Source: Candidatus Poribacteria bacterium (GTDB lineage Bacteria; Poribacteria; WGA-4E; WGA-3G). Taken from it: a DNA stretch of 64,000 nt. How positions within the stretch are numbered: position 1 is the stretch's first letter; each line of letters begins with the position of its first letter. The stretch spans positions 3,936,001-4,000,000 of the forward strand of contig CAXXLX010000001.1 in assembly GCA_963665235.2 (NCBI GenBank), in the 5' to 3' direction. The notes beneath the pieces are model-generated. The model had not been told where the DNA came from. It saw only the letters and a list, made by a program, of their open reading frames with translations, and made no database searches. Made by a program: the position numbers and the translations under genes. Shown here one piece after another: positions 40,501 through 50,242 of this stretch.

Positions 40501-40914
40501 AAAATACAGTGGCGGCGTGCCATCACCTATATCAGTTTGCTGATTTTACATCGGCGACCGCATGAAGAACACGATGACTTGAATACATTGGTTGAAGATC
40601 AGATACGAGATGAATCTCGTAAAAAGGAGGCAAGCGAAATGTCACAATCCATGGCGGAAAAGACCTTCCAACAAGGCGAAGCACGCGGTGAAAGACGCGG
40701 TGAGAAACGCGGTATAGAAATCGGTGAAAAACGCGGTGAGCTGCGTGCGAAACGCCAAGCTACGCTAACCTTACTCCAACTGCGTTTTGACAACGTTCCT
40801 GACACACTCATCCGAAAAATTAACGCAATGCGCAGCATGGCACGTCTCGACGCACTTTATGAAAAAGCCGCCCTTGCAACAACCCTCGAAGATATCGATT
40901 GGGAAAATCTCTAA
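40501..40914 (+). pseudogene. C-terminal fragment of an Rpn/YhgA-like protein; internal ORF 40639-40914 (91 aa) has its own RBS
   Basis: Frame reads QWRRAITYISLLILHRRP...; AAGGAGG precedes MSQSMAE; G-E-x-R-G repeats and LLQLRFDNVP follow. Confidence 0.7.
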
Positions 40915-41018
40915 GACAGAAGTTCAATAGCCGGGGGGAGAATGCGTTCTGTCCTAGAGAGGTTAAACACCGCAGATTTTTATTATTCACTAATACATAC
41001 TTAGAGAGGTCATTCAAC

Positions 41019-42074
41019 ATGGAAGAATGGAAACGTCTTGTTAGAGATACTGTCAATACGCCAGAAAAATTGGCAGCTGTGTTCGATGTAGATGTAGAAG
41101 AATTGCGCCGCATTCACAAAGAATTTCCGATACGGATTAATCCGTATTATCTCAGTCTAATAGAAAAACCTGGGGACCCCATCTGGAAACAGGTTGTCCC
41201 CGACACACGCGAATTGATAAGCACCGGTGTAGAAGACCCCCTTCACGAAGAAGACGATAGTGAAGTGCCAAATGTCACGCACCGATACCCGGACCGGGCC
41301 CTTTTTTATGTTAACTATATGTGCCCCATCTACTGCCGTTTCTGCACACGCAAACGGAAAGTCGGGGACCCGTACTCAATCGCTGATGACAATATTGAGA
41401 CAGGCATCGCCTATATTCAGGCACACCCCGAAATACGGGATGTCATTATATCGGGCGGAGACCCGCTCATGTTGACAGATAAAAAAATTGATGATGTCGT
41501 CGGAAAGTTGCGAGCGATAGAACATCTAGAAATTATCCGAATCGGGTCTCGGGTACCGGTGACGCTGCCGCAACGGATTACCCCTGAATTGTGTGCAATT
41601 TTGAAGCAGTATCATCCCTTTTACATTAACACACACTTTAATCATCCGCGGGAGATTACGCCTGAAACAGAAAAGGCATGCGGCATGTTAGCCGATGCTG
41701 GGATACCCCTCGGCAACCAGACAGTCCTGCTCAAAGGTGTGAACGATGACCCGAAAGTCATGGTAGAACTGATGAAAGGGTTGCTCCGAATCCGGGTTAA
41801 ACCTTACTATATCTATCAGGCAGACCTTGTCGTTGGGACTGACCATTTCCGGACAGCGGTGGAGACAGGTTTAGAAATTGTTGCGGCATTGCGTGGACAT
41901 ATCTCCGGGCTTGGCGTGCCGCATTATGTCGTCGATGCCCCAGGCGGCGGTGGCAAAATCGCGCTAATTCCAGATCCGGTTGTCACATTCGATGACGATG
42001 AAATTCAACTCCGCAACTACGAGGGAAATGTCTACAGCTACCCAAGCACGCCTTTCTACGATGAGGATTGGTAG
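41019..42074 (+). CDS. KamA-family radical SAM enzyme (lysine 2,3-aminomutase-like)
   Basis: Motifs HRYPDR, CPIYCRFCTRKR, SGGDPL, NQTVLLKGVND and DAPGGGGK. Confidence 0.92.
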   Translation: MEEWKRLVRDTVNTPEKLAAVFDVDVEELRRIHKEFPIRINPYYLSLIEKPGDPIWKQVVPDTRELISTGVEDPLHEEDDSEVPNVTHRYPDRALFYVNYMCPIYCRFCTRKRKVGDPYSIADDNIETGIAYIQAHPEIRDVIISGGDPLMLTDKKIDDVVGKLRAIEHLEIIRIGSRVPVTLPQRITPELCAILKQYHPFYINTHFNHPREITPETEKACGMLADAGIPLGNQTVLLKGVNDDPKVMVELMKGLLRIRVKPYYIYQADLVVGTDHFRTAVETGLEIVAALRGHISGLGVPHYVVDAPGGGGKIALIPDPVVTFDDDEIQLRNYEGNVYSYPSTPFYDEDW

Positions 42075-42090
42075 AGAAACCTTTTTTTCT

Positions 42091-42885
42091 CTACCATTTC
42101 TCTGTATCGTCCTGTTCCTGTTCCGCTTTTGCCATGTTCAGGAACGGTTTGAGCAAATCGATGGGAATTGGAAAGACAACGGTTGAGTTTTTCTCCGCGC
42201 TGACCTCTACCAAAGCTTGTAGGAATCGGAGTTGCACAGCGGTCGGGGTTTTACTGAGAATTCCGGCTGCATCGCTTAAAGCTTCTGCGGACTCAAATTC
42301 GCCTTCGGCATGTATGACCTTAGCACGGCGTTCCCGTTCTGCTTCTGCCTCTTTCGCCATGGCACGCTGCATTTCGATAGGCAGGTCAACATGTTTGATT
42401 TCCATCGCCTGTACCTCAACACCCCACGGTTCACAATGCTCCTTGACGATGTTCTTGAGGTCTTCATTTAGCTTCTCTCGTTCTGAGAGCAGGTCATCCA
42501 AGTCAGCACGGCCTAACGCACTGCGGAGCGTGGTCTGTGCAATTTGGGAGATTGCAAACCCGAACTCTTCCACCTCAATCACCGCCTTCTCCGGCTCAGT
42601 GACTCGGAACATTAGCACGGCGTTAACGCTTACAGAGACGTTGTCCTTGGTAATCACATCTTGTGGGGTAACATCGTTGACGGCGACGCGCAGACTTACA
42701 CGCTGCATCCGCTCTATCCAGAACGGTATCATCAGGACAAGCCCGGGGCCACGGGTACTCGTGAACCGCCCCAACCGAAAGATGACAGCGCGTTCATACT
42801 CTTTGAGAATCCGAACGCTTGTAGCAAACATAATGATAACACCAATTGCAATTGCAAAATGGTACGGTTCAATTTGTGGGAGCAT
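42091..42885 (-). CDS. SPFH/stomatin-like (slipin) protein
   Basis: Motifs [21 protein letters not shown] and [12 protein letters not shown]. Confidence 0.93.
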   Translation of the reverse strand: MLPQIEPYHFAIAIGVIIMFATSVRILKEYERAVIFRLGRFTSTRGPGLVLMIPFWIERMQRVSLRVAVNDVTPQDVITKDNVSVSVNAVLMFRVTEPEKAVIEVEEFGFAISQIAQTTLRSALGRADLDDLLSEREKLNEDLKNIVKEHCEPWGVEVQAMEIKHVDLPIEMQRAMAKEAEAERERRAKVIHAEGEFESAEALSDAAGILSKTPTAVQLRFLQALVEVSAEKNSTVVFPIPIDLLKPFLNMAKAEQEQDDTEKW

Positions 42886-42900
42886 TTTCAGTATTCCTTT

Positions 42901-43920
42901 CTATGGGGTATATCCCGTGATGTCACGAATTTTTTGAAAAAAGGCGCGTTTTCGCGGCGTATTGATTTGCCACTGTACCGGAACGGATTGATACCCGTTA
43001 CAATAGTCGTTTTCCCCAGGGTCGAAATAACCCCAAGATGCATATTGACTGACAGCAGCGATGCAGTTGTTAAAGGGTTTATCAAAATCGAAATGGTCAT
43101 CTTCATTGAAAAGAATCGGCATCGGTCGGTATCCCGGTACTTCACGCGTCTGTTGCACCATCTCGACGATACGGTTTGGGTCGCTGACTCCGTTGCCGTG
43201 AACCAGCAGAAAATCGGAAGCACGAACGACATTTTCAAACGGCACCCTGCCACCCCCATAACTGGTTCCGACGAGAAATCTTCTGCCAGCATGTGTAGTC
43301 GCTTTCACCCGTTCAATGAGTTCATGAACCCTTTCCGGTTGTAAAATCTCATGGGAATACCTAACGTTGCATTCGTTGTTTACCTCAACGATAACGTTGG
43401 TATACCCCTGCTCAAAGAGCCAGCCGGTTGCATTGTCCGTTGCGCGTTTAACAGCCGTTTCATCTGTGAGTCGATGGTCTTGCCCGAAGTAGAAGTAGCC
43501 GAGGATAACTACCATGCCGAGTTCATCCGCAAAATCGATGGTCCGTTTGAGACGGGAGAGGTAATCTGCGTTGAGCGTTCCATCGCTTTCTATGCCGGAA
43601 TTGTGCCACGGTTGTGCTTTAGAATACCCTTCTGGACTTCCGCCTTGCAGATTAATAGTGAATGCCAGGACACCGTGTGCACGCCAGGTTGGCATTGCTG
43701 CTAAAAATTCGCGGGTGTTACGTTCCGCATCCCATTTGCCTGTGTCCGGATACGCCCATTGATGGATAGTTTCAGGGTTTCTATCATCGAAGATGCCCTG
43801 TACCATACGGGTGTTGAGCAATAAACCTTCAATCTTATTGTCTTCGTAAAAACGCCCCGGATAGGTGATCTCCCCGTTAATATAAAATGCATCGTCTACG
43901 ATGCTGACTGCCGTTTTCAT
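42901..43920 (-). CDS. Conserved hypothetical protein, possibly a glycoside-hydrolase-like TIM barrel
   Basis: ATG at 43920 after GGAG; motifs EVNNEC and ILFNEDDH. The ORF-track extension to 44193 runs into the IS. Confidence 0.65.
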   Translation of the reverse strand: MKTAVSIVDDAFYINGEITYPGRFYEDNKIEGLLLNTRMVQGIFDDRNPETIHQWAYPDTGKWDAERNTREFLAAMPTWRAHGVLAFTINLQGGSPEGYSKAQPWHNSGIESDGTLNADYLSRLKRTIDFADELGMVVILGYFYFGQDHRLTDETAVKRATDNATGWLFEQGYTNVIVEVNNECNVRYSHEILQPERVHELIERVKATTHAGRRFLVGTSYGGGRVPFENVVRASDFLLVHGNGVSDPNRIVEMVQQTREVPGYRPMPILFNEDDHFDFDKPFNNCIAAVSQYASWGYFDPGENDYCNGYQSVPVQWQINTPRKRAFFQKIRDITGYTP

Positions 43921-44002
43921 TAAAGCTCCCAAAAATATGTTACAGATTTTCAATATTTTAGCATATTTGAGAGAATATGGCAAGGGGGTGTAAAGTTTCG
44001 CC

Positions 44003-45162
44003 ATAAGTCGTTTTGGACTTGGGAATTTCCATTTTTTCAGATTTCTCACGTCATACTTTGGGTGAGCACCTTCCAAAAGATGTTTGTTTCTCGTGCGTTG
44101 TATTTGTAGCACGCCTCTGCGAGATACAAGGGGGTATACCTCGTTGAGTAATGATGGTGCTGTCCATACCACGCACGCTTGACCAAAGACCAAAAACCTT
44201 CAATCGTATTGGTATGAATCTCACCGGGTTCCCACGTTTCGCTCCGATTGAGCGTCTCCTGTTTCATTTCTGTTCCCTCTCTTATTATACCCGCTATATT
44301 GGTCGGTAATGAGTTCGGACTCTTCAGTTTTGACAAACTTCTTGATAAACTCAAGGATCGTCTGTCCGGTAACATCAGGCACAAGTTGTGCGACGACTTG
44401 CCCATCCCGCTGGACTGCGCCTAAGACCGCATCTTTTGCGGTGCCACGCCCACGCTTACGCGGTTCACCCGCCGCACGGTCGTAGTCTTTGCGGTGTTTG
44501 CCACCGATATAAGTCTCGTCTGCTTCTACAACGCCTTGTAAAAGCACGTTTTCCTTGGCCATCTCCGCACGTATCTTCATCATAGACCAAGTCGCCTTCT
44601 GGTTTAGCCCCAAATCGCGGGCGAGTTGATGACTCGATAGACTTTTCTTCGCATTTGCCATCAGTGAGATTGCTATAAACCACTTCTGTAGCGGGAGTTT
44701 TGTGCCTTGAAACATAGTGCCTTGTGTTACCTTGAACGTTGACCGGCAGTCGTGGCAATTCCAGCGGCCTATACGCCCAAGTGCTGTCTCTTTACGCTTT
44801 TTGACGCGTAGCCCCTCACAATGCGGACATTCAGGAGAACCCGCCCATCTCAGACGCTCCAAATACTCTATACAATCCGTTTGTGTTGGAAACGTCTCCA
44901 TCACTTTCACTAAATCCATCAGAAAATGCTCCTACTTTTAATCTTTAGGAGTTGCTTTTTTCTAATGAGTTCTGATACAATACTAGGTAAGCGTGAATCT
45001 GAAAAAAGCAACTCGCTTTTTAGGTTCAAATAGGGGGTAATTGCCCCCTATTTACTTTACCTGATATTATATCAATCTTGGGCACTTTGGACAAGTAAAA
45101 ACCTAATAAACACAAGCGTTTAAGGCGATTTAACAAATTTTCTCAAGTCCAAAACGACTTAT
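44003..45162 (-). mobile_element. IS1595-family insertion sequence
   Basis: Terminal inverted repeats ATAAGTCGTTTTGGACTTG(G/A)GAA at both ends enclose a transposase gene. Confidence 0.85.
44046..44919 (-). pseudogene. IS1595-family DDE transposase, frameshifted near 44280
   Basis: Zn ribbon CPHC...CHDC, VEADETYIGG and ITDQYSGY in one frame; HTNTIEGFWSLVKR continues in another. Confidence 0.85.
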
Positions 45163-45225
45163 TCCAAAAAAAAATAGGCAGGCAACACATTGGTTACCTG
45201 CCTGATTTCGGTTTCAGATGTATTG

Positions 45226-45684
45226 TTACCACGGAATTTCGGCTTCTGACGTATTCTTACCACCAGTAATAAAGCCATACCCCTCTAAGTCATCTATAGT
45301 AGGAGGTGGCATTATTTGGTTAGCAGATGTAGATGAAATTCTACCATCATACCAAGGGCCCCTAAATTGACCTGTAAATGCCACCGGGAGAATTGCTTTT
45401 GCTTTAACCTCGTAGCTTCCTTCTACGCTTAGGGGAGCATTACTCCCAATGTAACCGCCAGCGACTAAATACCAACGTAAATTCTGATTCTGATTACGAT
45501 ATATTGCGGTTTGGGCCGAAGACCATAACTTACCATCTGCATCAGAAGCAACTCGGTAGGTGCCGATAAGTCCAGCCCCATCGATAACACCTTGTTTTTG
45601 AACCCGATTATTTTTAGCCATTACACTAACAATACATAGTATGGAAATGCTAATGATAATTGCCAATACTGGTTTTACTTTCAT
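45226..45684 (-). CDS. Hypothetical exported protein
   Basis: 152 aa ORF with a signal-peptide-like N-terminus, in AT-richer DNA. Confidence 0.65.
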   Translation of the reverse strand: MKVKPVLAIIISISILCIVSVMAKNNRVQKQGVIDGAGLIGTYRVASDADGKLWSSAQTAIYRNQNQNLRWYLVAGGYIGSNAPLSVEGSYEVKAKAILPVAFTGQFRGPWYDGRISSTSANQIMPPPTIDDLEGYGFITGGKNTSEAEIPW

Positions 45685-45722
45685 GAAATTATTCCCCTTG
45701 GCCCTAATGATAATTGAGGAAA

Positions 45723-46496
45723 TTATTCCCCTTTGAGGCCAAGAAATTCGTAAGGATCAATCCCCCCATCATTATGGGAAATGACTCGTATTTCCTTGGG
45801 AACTGTATTCTCAGTAATAAGATTTAAGAAAGGTTCATCCTTATTGTTGGAAGCGCGATCACGGATAACTTGTACTGTCCGTGGAGCACCTGAAATCCTC
45901 CCAGCATGACGTAATATGGAGCCATCGGGTTGCAGGGTTTCAATCCACTCAATATAAACGACCCCCGGAATACTTGGATAAATCATTCCAGTACTATCAT
46001 CCCTCGCTGCCCCAATTACATTTACACCTTGTGCTAAGAGTTTTATCATAACACGACTGATTAATTCATGGTTAGCAGACGAAGCCGGAAACGTATCAAC
46101 CGGCCACCCATCGGGCAATTCAGGATATGGCCCGAAACCGTAAGGAGAAACACTCACCATTTTAGCGTTTTCATTCTCCTCCGTTTGTTCTGTCGAGTTT
46201 ATAGGGATTTCACTGGTTTCAGTGTCTTCCTCCACGTAATCGTTCGTTTTGTTAATAGGTGTCTCTGCGATTGGCGTTATGCTTTCAGCAATGGCATTGG
46301 TGGTCGGTTCCGCCTCGGTATCAGTGTCCACTTTTGGGGGCACTGCCACTTGGCGGCGGAGTGCTGCATTTGCGGCTTCCTCTCTTTGGATTTTTGCTTG
46401 TTCATGTTCATACCAGACATAGCAGCCAAGTGCAAAAACAATCAGGAAACAAAACCCGCCTAGAATCCACCGGTTTGTGAAATATTCACGTAGCAT
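45723..46496 (-). CDS. Hypothetical membrane-anchored protein
   Basis: GGAGG RBS, N-terminal TM helix, T/E-rich linker, then a VSPYGFGPYPELP...GGIDPYEFL domain. Confidence 0.75.
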   Translation of the reverse strand: MLREYFTNRWILGGFCFLIVFALGCYVWYEHEQAKIQREEAANAALRRQVAVPPKVDTDTEAEPTTNAIAESITPIAETPINKTNDYVEEDTETSEIPINSTEQTEENENAKMVSVSPYGFGPYPELPDGWPVDTFPASSANHELISRVMIKLLAQGVNVIGAARDDSTGMIYPSIPGVVYIEWIETLQPDGSILRHAGRISGAPRTVQVIRDRASNNKDEPFLNLITENTVPKEIRVISHNDGGIDPYEFLGLKGE

Positions 46497-46856
46497 TCCG
46501 TCGATACCTCCAAAATCTGTTATGACCTATCTGTGATACAAAGTTCTAGACACTATTTGTGTTGCAAGCAGTGCCTTCAGATATTATAACCTATGAAAAA
46601 TTAAAAGTTAAAGCTAATATGTAAAAATCGCCGCTTTCGAAAGTTTACGTCATTAATTACACACGATAAAAAAGCATTTGTCAAGTTAAAATTCGGAAAA
46701 AAACGTTTTTTTTTGAATTTTTAGGATTTTAAAAATTTAGCACTTTTTCTCAAATTTTAAAAAGTTTTTAGAAAAGGATTGTCTGAATGCACGTTGCATT
46801 TGGACGAGTACGCCGCAAATCCCGGATTATCGCGGAGGACACAGATTTCGCGAATT

Positions 46857-47001
46857 TTAATTTGAATCAACTGCTTCTCGGAAAGCTTTGATATGTGCAG
46901 GCGTTGTGCCACAACATCCGCCTATTAAGTAAGCCCCGGCTTCTATCAGAGCCGGAATATAATTTGCCATCTCAACCGGTGTTTGTGTATAGACAGTCTC
47001 A
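46857..47001 (-). repeat. Exact duplicate of the last 145 bp of the homocysteine methyltransferase gene
   Basis: Identical by eye to 47193-47337. Confidence 0.9.
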
Positions 47002-47192
47002 GTTTCGTTAGTCTCTAACAAAGCTAATCTTTTTCAAAAACTTATCAGTGTTGAGCAGGTCTGTGAAAAACTAGGCATTCATTGGTATAAACCTAAGAAA
47101 CTCACACAAGGATCAAGCAGAATATTTTAGGCATCTGAATGCACGTTGCATTTGGCAAATCCCGGATTATCGCGGAGGACACAGATTTCGCT

Positions 47193-48206
47193 TTAATTTG
47201 AATCAACTGCTTCTCGGAAAGCTTTGATATGTGCAGGCGTTGTGCCACAACATCCGCCTATTAAGTAAGCCCCGGCTTCTATCAGAGCCGGAATATAATT
47301 TGCCATCTCAACCGGTGTTTGTGTATAGACAGTCTCATAGTTTTCATCAAGTTTAGGCATGCCCGCGTTCGGGTATGCCATCATCCGTTTACCGTCAGCC
47401 TCTCTTTCCGTTAGTGCGGTGTGGAGTTGTGCTGTCCCGGTAATAGCGTAGGGCATTCCGGTATGTTCAGTCCGTTTCGATTCAGCCCCACAGTTTAAAC
47501 CGATGATATCGACATAATCTAGGAGGGAGTCTCCATGTGAGAACTCGCCGCTTTCAAGGATTTCTAGGAGGTCTAAAGCGGAATGCCCCCAGTCGGTTTT
47601 ATATATGATATTGCCGGTGCGTCTATCTTTTGTCCATTTATATGTCATATTTACAGCAATAGGGAGCTGTGTTTCCCGTGCGATATCGACGGCGATTGCG
47701 GCTTCCTTCGCTGAGAACATAGTCTCAATGCAGAGAAAATCCACGTCCTCATCAGCGAGCGTGTGGATTACCAATTTATGCGCTTCCCTGACATCAGCAT
47801 TTGCGATGCCGAACGTGGTGTCGCCGCTATCCGCCTCAATTGCCCCCGGGGAGGGGCCCACAGAGCCAGCGATGTAGACCTTTCTGTCCACCTGTCCGCT
47901 TGCGGTTTTTGCATGCTGCACAGCAAGTCGTGTGAGCCGCTCCGCATCGGTTTTATCATGTCCTGCCATTTGTAGATGAAGTGGGGATACCACAAATGTA
48001 TTTGTTCCAATCGCTTCCGCGCCTGCTGCAATATAATCTGAATGGATGCTGACGACATCGGTGGGGTGCATTTCATTAGCAAATGCACTGTTGGCGAGTT
48101 CTATATCGCGTGCAAAGAGTTGTGACCCAAATCCGCCATCGTAAACAATCGGTTCGTCAGATTTTAACCGTTCTCGAAAAGTTATCACGTGCTGCTGTGT
48201 CCTCAA
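47193..48206 (-). CDS. Homocysteine S-methyltransferase family protein (stand-alone Hcy-binding domain)
   Basis: Motifs DGGFGSQL, ETMFS, GLNCG, YPNAGMP and IGGCCGTTP. Confidence 0.9.
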   Translation of the reverse strand: MRTQQHVITFRERLKSDEPIVYDGGFGSQLFARDIELANSAFANEMHPTDVVSIHSDYIAAGAEAIGTNTFVVSPLHLQMAGHDKTDAERLTRLAVQHAKTASGQVDRKVYIAGSVGPSPGAIEADSGDTTFGIANADVREAHKLVIHTLADEDVDFLCIETMFSAKEAAIAVDIARETQLPIAVNMTYKWTKDRRTGNIIYKTDWGHSALDLLEILESGEFSHGDSLLDYVDIIGLNCGAESKRTEHTGMPYAITGTAQLHTALTEREADGKRMMAYPNAGMPKLDENYETVYTQTPVEMANYIPALIEAGAYLIGGCCGTTPAHIKAFREAVDSN

Positions 48207-48210
48207 TTTA

Positions 48211-48320
48211 TTTGGCGATTAGCAATTGGCAAGATGTTGTGATTCTAAACAAGTTGCTGACGCGCGTCAGAGCCCTCTTCCTCTTGCTATTAGCCATTAG
48301 CCAACAGCCATTAGCCAACA
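48211..48320. repeat. Dispersed element with heptamer-repeat ends (TTAGCAA/TTGGCAA)
   Basis: Reverse-complement homolog at about 63740-63830; relatives near 37950, 38875 and 59310. Confidence 0.75.
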
Positions 48321-50215
48321 GCCATCGGTTTGAATTGACACCCCTCCACGAATATTTCGAAAAAATCGGGGGTGGTTTCAAGTTCAATGTGTTCAATGTT
48401 TTTGACAAATGCCTCAATATCTGCTCGCTTCTTTTTAGAAAGCAGGACAGCCTTCGCGCCGGCGACTGCTGCGTTTCCGATTTTGACAATACGCTCTTCG
48501 GGTACCGGTGCAAGAAAACCGATGTCAACGGCATCCTGGACGTTAACGTAGTTCGCGAAACCGCCCGCTAAAAAGAGTTTGGTTATAGCGTGTGGGGTGC
48601 AGCCGAAGTGTCGCAGCACAATATATTGTCCACAGTAGTTCGCCGCCTTTGCTTGTGCGAGATTGCTTGCGTCGTCACGTGAGAAGGTAATTCCGCGTTC
48701 AGGTAAAATCGGGAGTATCCGTTGTTTTTTATCTGCGAAAACCCCCTTCGGGTTCATCTGATTGTGTCGTCGCAGCTCAGCAAGCAGGGAGATAAGTCCC
48801 GACCCGCAGAATCCCTCTGCCTCTTTGTCGTCAATCGTTTCGTAATCAATTTCACCGTCGCGCCACTTGACCGCTTCAATAGCACCGGGGTAGGCAGGCA
48901 TACCGTATTCAATGCCCCCACCTTCAAAGGCTGGCCCGGCAGGGCAGGATGCAGCGACCATCCGCTCCGCATTGCCAACGACCACCTCCGTGTTTGTGCC
49001 GACATCCACCAACATAACCACTTCATCGTGTGATTGAATATCAATGGCGACTAGGTCCGCGGCGACATCCGCACCGACGTGGCTGGCAATCAACGGGAGG
49101 CTGTAAACCATCGCCTTCGGATTAGCACGGAGCCCTAAACGCCGCGTTTTTTCGGTCAGCGAAGTTGTTGAACGCTCCCCCTCGCGATATTCATGCTCAA
49201 TCATAGATTTATACGGTTTTTGGCCGATGCTTTGGACATCCTGTCTAAAGAGGATGTCACGCATTGTTGTATTCCCGGCGACAACGATTTCATAAATTTC
49301 CTGCCGGACGAAGCCGTGTCGGTCGCACATTGCCATGATTTCGCTGTTGAGTGCCGCAATAAGGGATTTACGTAGCTCCCCCTCAAATTCGCCATCATAG
49401 GAGATGCGGTGCATGATGTCGCTTCCGCCGAAACGTTGGGGGTTTTCAAAAGCACTGACCGAAACGGTCTCCCCGTTCTCCAAATCCACGAGGTTCGCTA
49501 CGACGGTTGTTGTGCCGATATCGAGGGCGAGTCCGTAGATGTGCCCGCGGAATCGGTCGATGGGTTCGTTATTGTAGTAGACGACTCCATCGCGGTGTTC
49601 GACCAGCGGTGCAAGGGAAGCGGTTGCATCATCTGTACTTGTGCCGACATGTGTTAAGATGCGGGGTGTGCGCCGTAGCGGTGCAAATTCAATATCTGCG
49701 TCTATATCAAGCACAACGGCTTGGCAGGCGAGGCGATAGTTGTTGTCTTGCAGGAACGTTTCCGCCGCGTTGGGTGGCCGGAGGCTGTCCATTCCCTTCT
49801 TGATTTCAACGATACATTCGTGGCACTGCCCGGTTCGGAAACAGGAGGTCGGTACTTGCACAGCTAGGTCGTCAGCATAGTCGAACACAGTTTTTCCGGG
49901 GGTGAGTTGATACACCTTGCTATCGCATGTGATGGTGCCGTTTGCTGTTTTCTGGTGTTGTGCTGTTTCGTCAGGAGCGTCTATCTCCCATGCACTGCGA
50001 TAATCTAATTTATCGTCTCCGACACAGAGTCGTCCTGTGCCTTCATCAATTTTCTGCTGGTTTCGGCATCCGAATTTTGCTGTGCAGTGGTCAAACCGGT
50101 TTTTATAAGGGCAGCGGTAAGTCGCCTGTTCGTCAGCATGTACGACCAATTCTTCGAAGATTTGTGTAATTTTATTGAGCCGCTTTTCATATTCCGTTTT
50201 GTCTATCTTTTTCAT
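48311..50215 (-). CDS. ASKHA-domain reductive activator of corrinoid enzymes (RACE/DUF4445) with Fe-S domain
   Basis: Motifs CFRTGQCHEC, RLACQ, DIGTTTV, DVGTNTE, AGPAFEG and CGSGLI. Confidence 0.88.
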   Translation of the reverse strand: MKKIDKTEYEKRLNKITQIFEELVVHADEQATYRCPYKNRFDHCTAKFGCRNQQKIDEGTGRLCVGDDKLDYRSAWEIDAPDETAQHQKTANGTITCDSKVYQLTPGKTVFDYADDLAVQVPTSCFRTGQCHECIVEIKKGMDSLRPPNAAETFLQDNNYRLACQAVVLDIDADIEFAPLRRTPRILTHVGTSTDDATASLAPLVEHRDGVVYYNNEPIDRFRGHIYGLALDIGTTTVVANLVDLENGETVSVSAFENPQRFGGSDIMHRISYDGEFEGELRKSLIAALNSEIMAMCDRHGFVRQEIYEIVVAGNTTMRDILFRQDVQSIGQKPYKSMIEHEYREGERSTTSLTEKTRRLGLRANPKAMVYSLPLIASHVGADVAADLVAIDIQSHDEVVMLVDVGTNTEVVVGNAERMVAASCPAGPAFEGGGIEYGMPAYPGAIEAVKWRDGEIDYETIDDKEAEGFCGSGLISLLAELRRHNQMNPKGVFADKKQRILPILPERGITFSRDDASNLAQAKAANYCGQYIVLRHFGCTPHAITKLFLAGGFANYVNVQDAVDIGFLAPVPEERIVKIGNAAVAGAKAVLLSKKKRADIEAFVKNIEHIELETTPDFFEIFVEGCQFKPMAVG

Positions 50216-50242
50216 GGATAACCACATTGTGTGTGTGAGGGT

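Noticed and set aside
40915-41018. Riboswitch upstream of the kamA-like gene
   Set aside because: Too short for a lysine riboswitch, and I could not recognise any other aptamer consensus.
42068-42937. 289-aa plus-strand ORF
   Set aside because: Antisense shadow of the SPFH gene.
46857-47337. Diversity-generating retroelement template/variable repeat pair
   Set aside because: The copies are identical with no adenine-specific mismatches, and no reverse transcriptase is present in the window.
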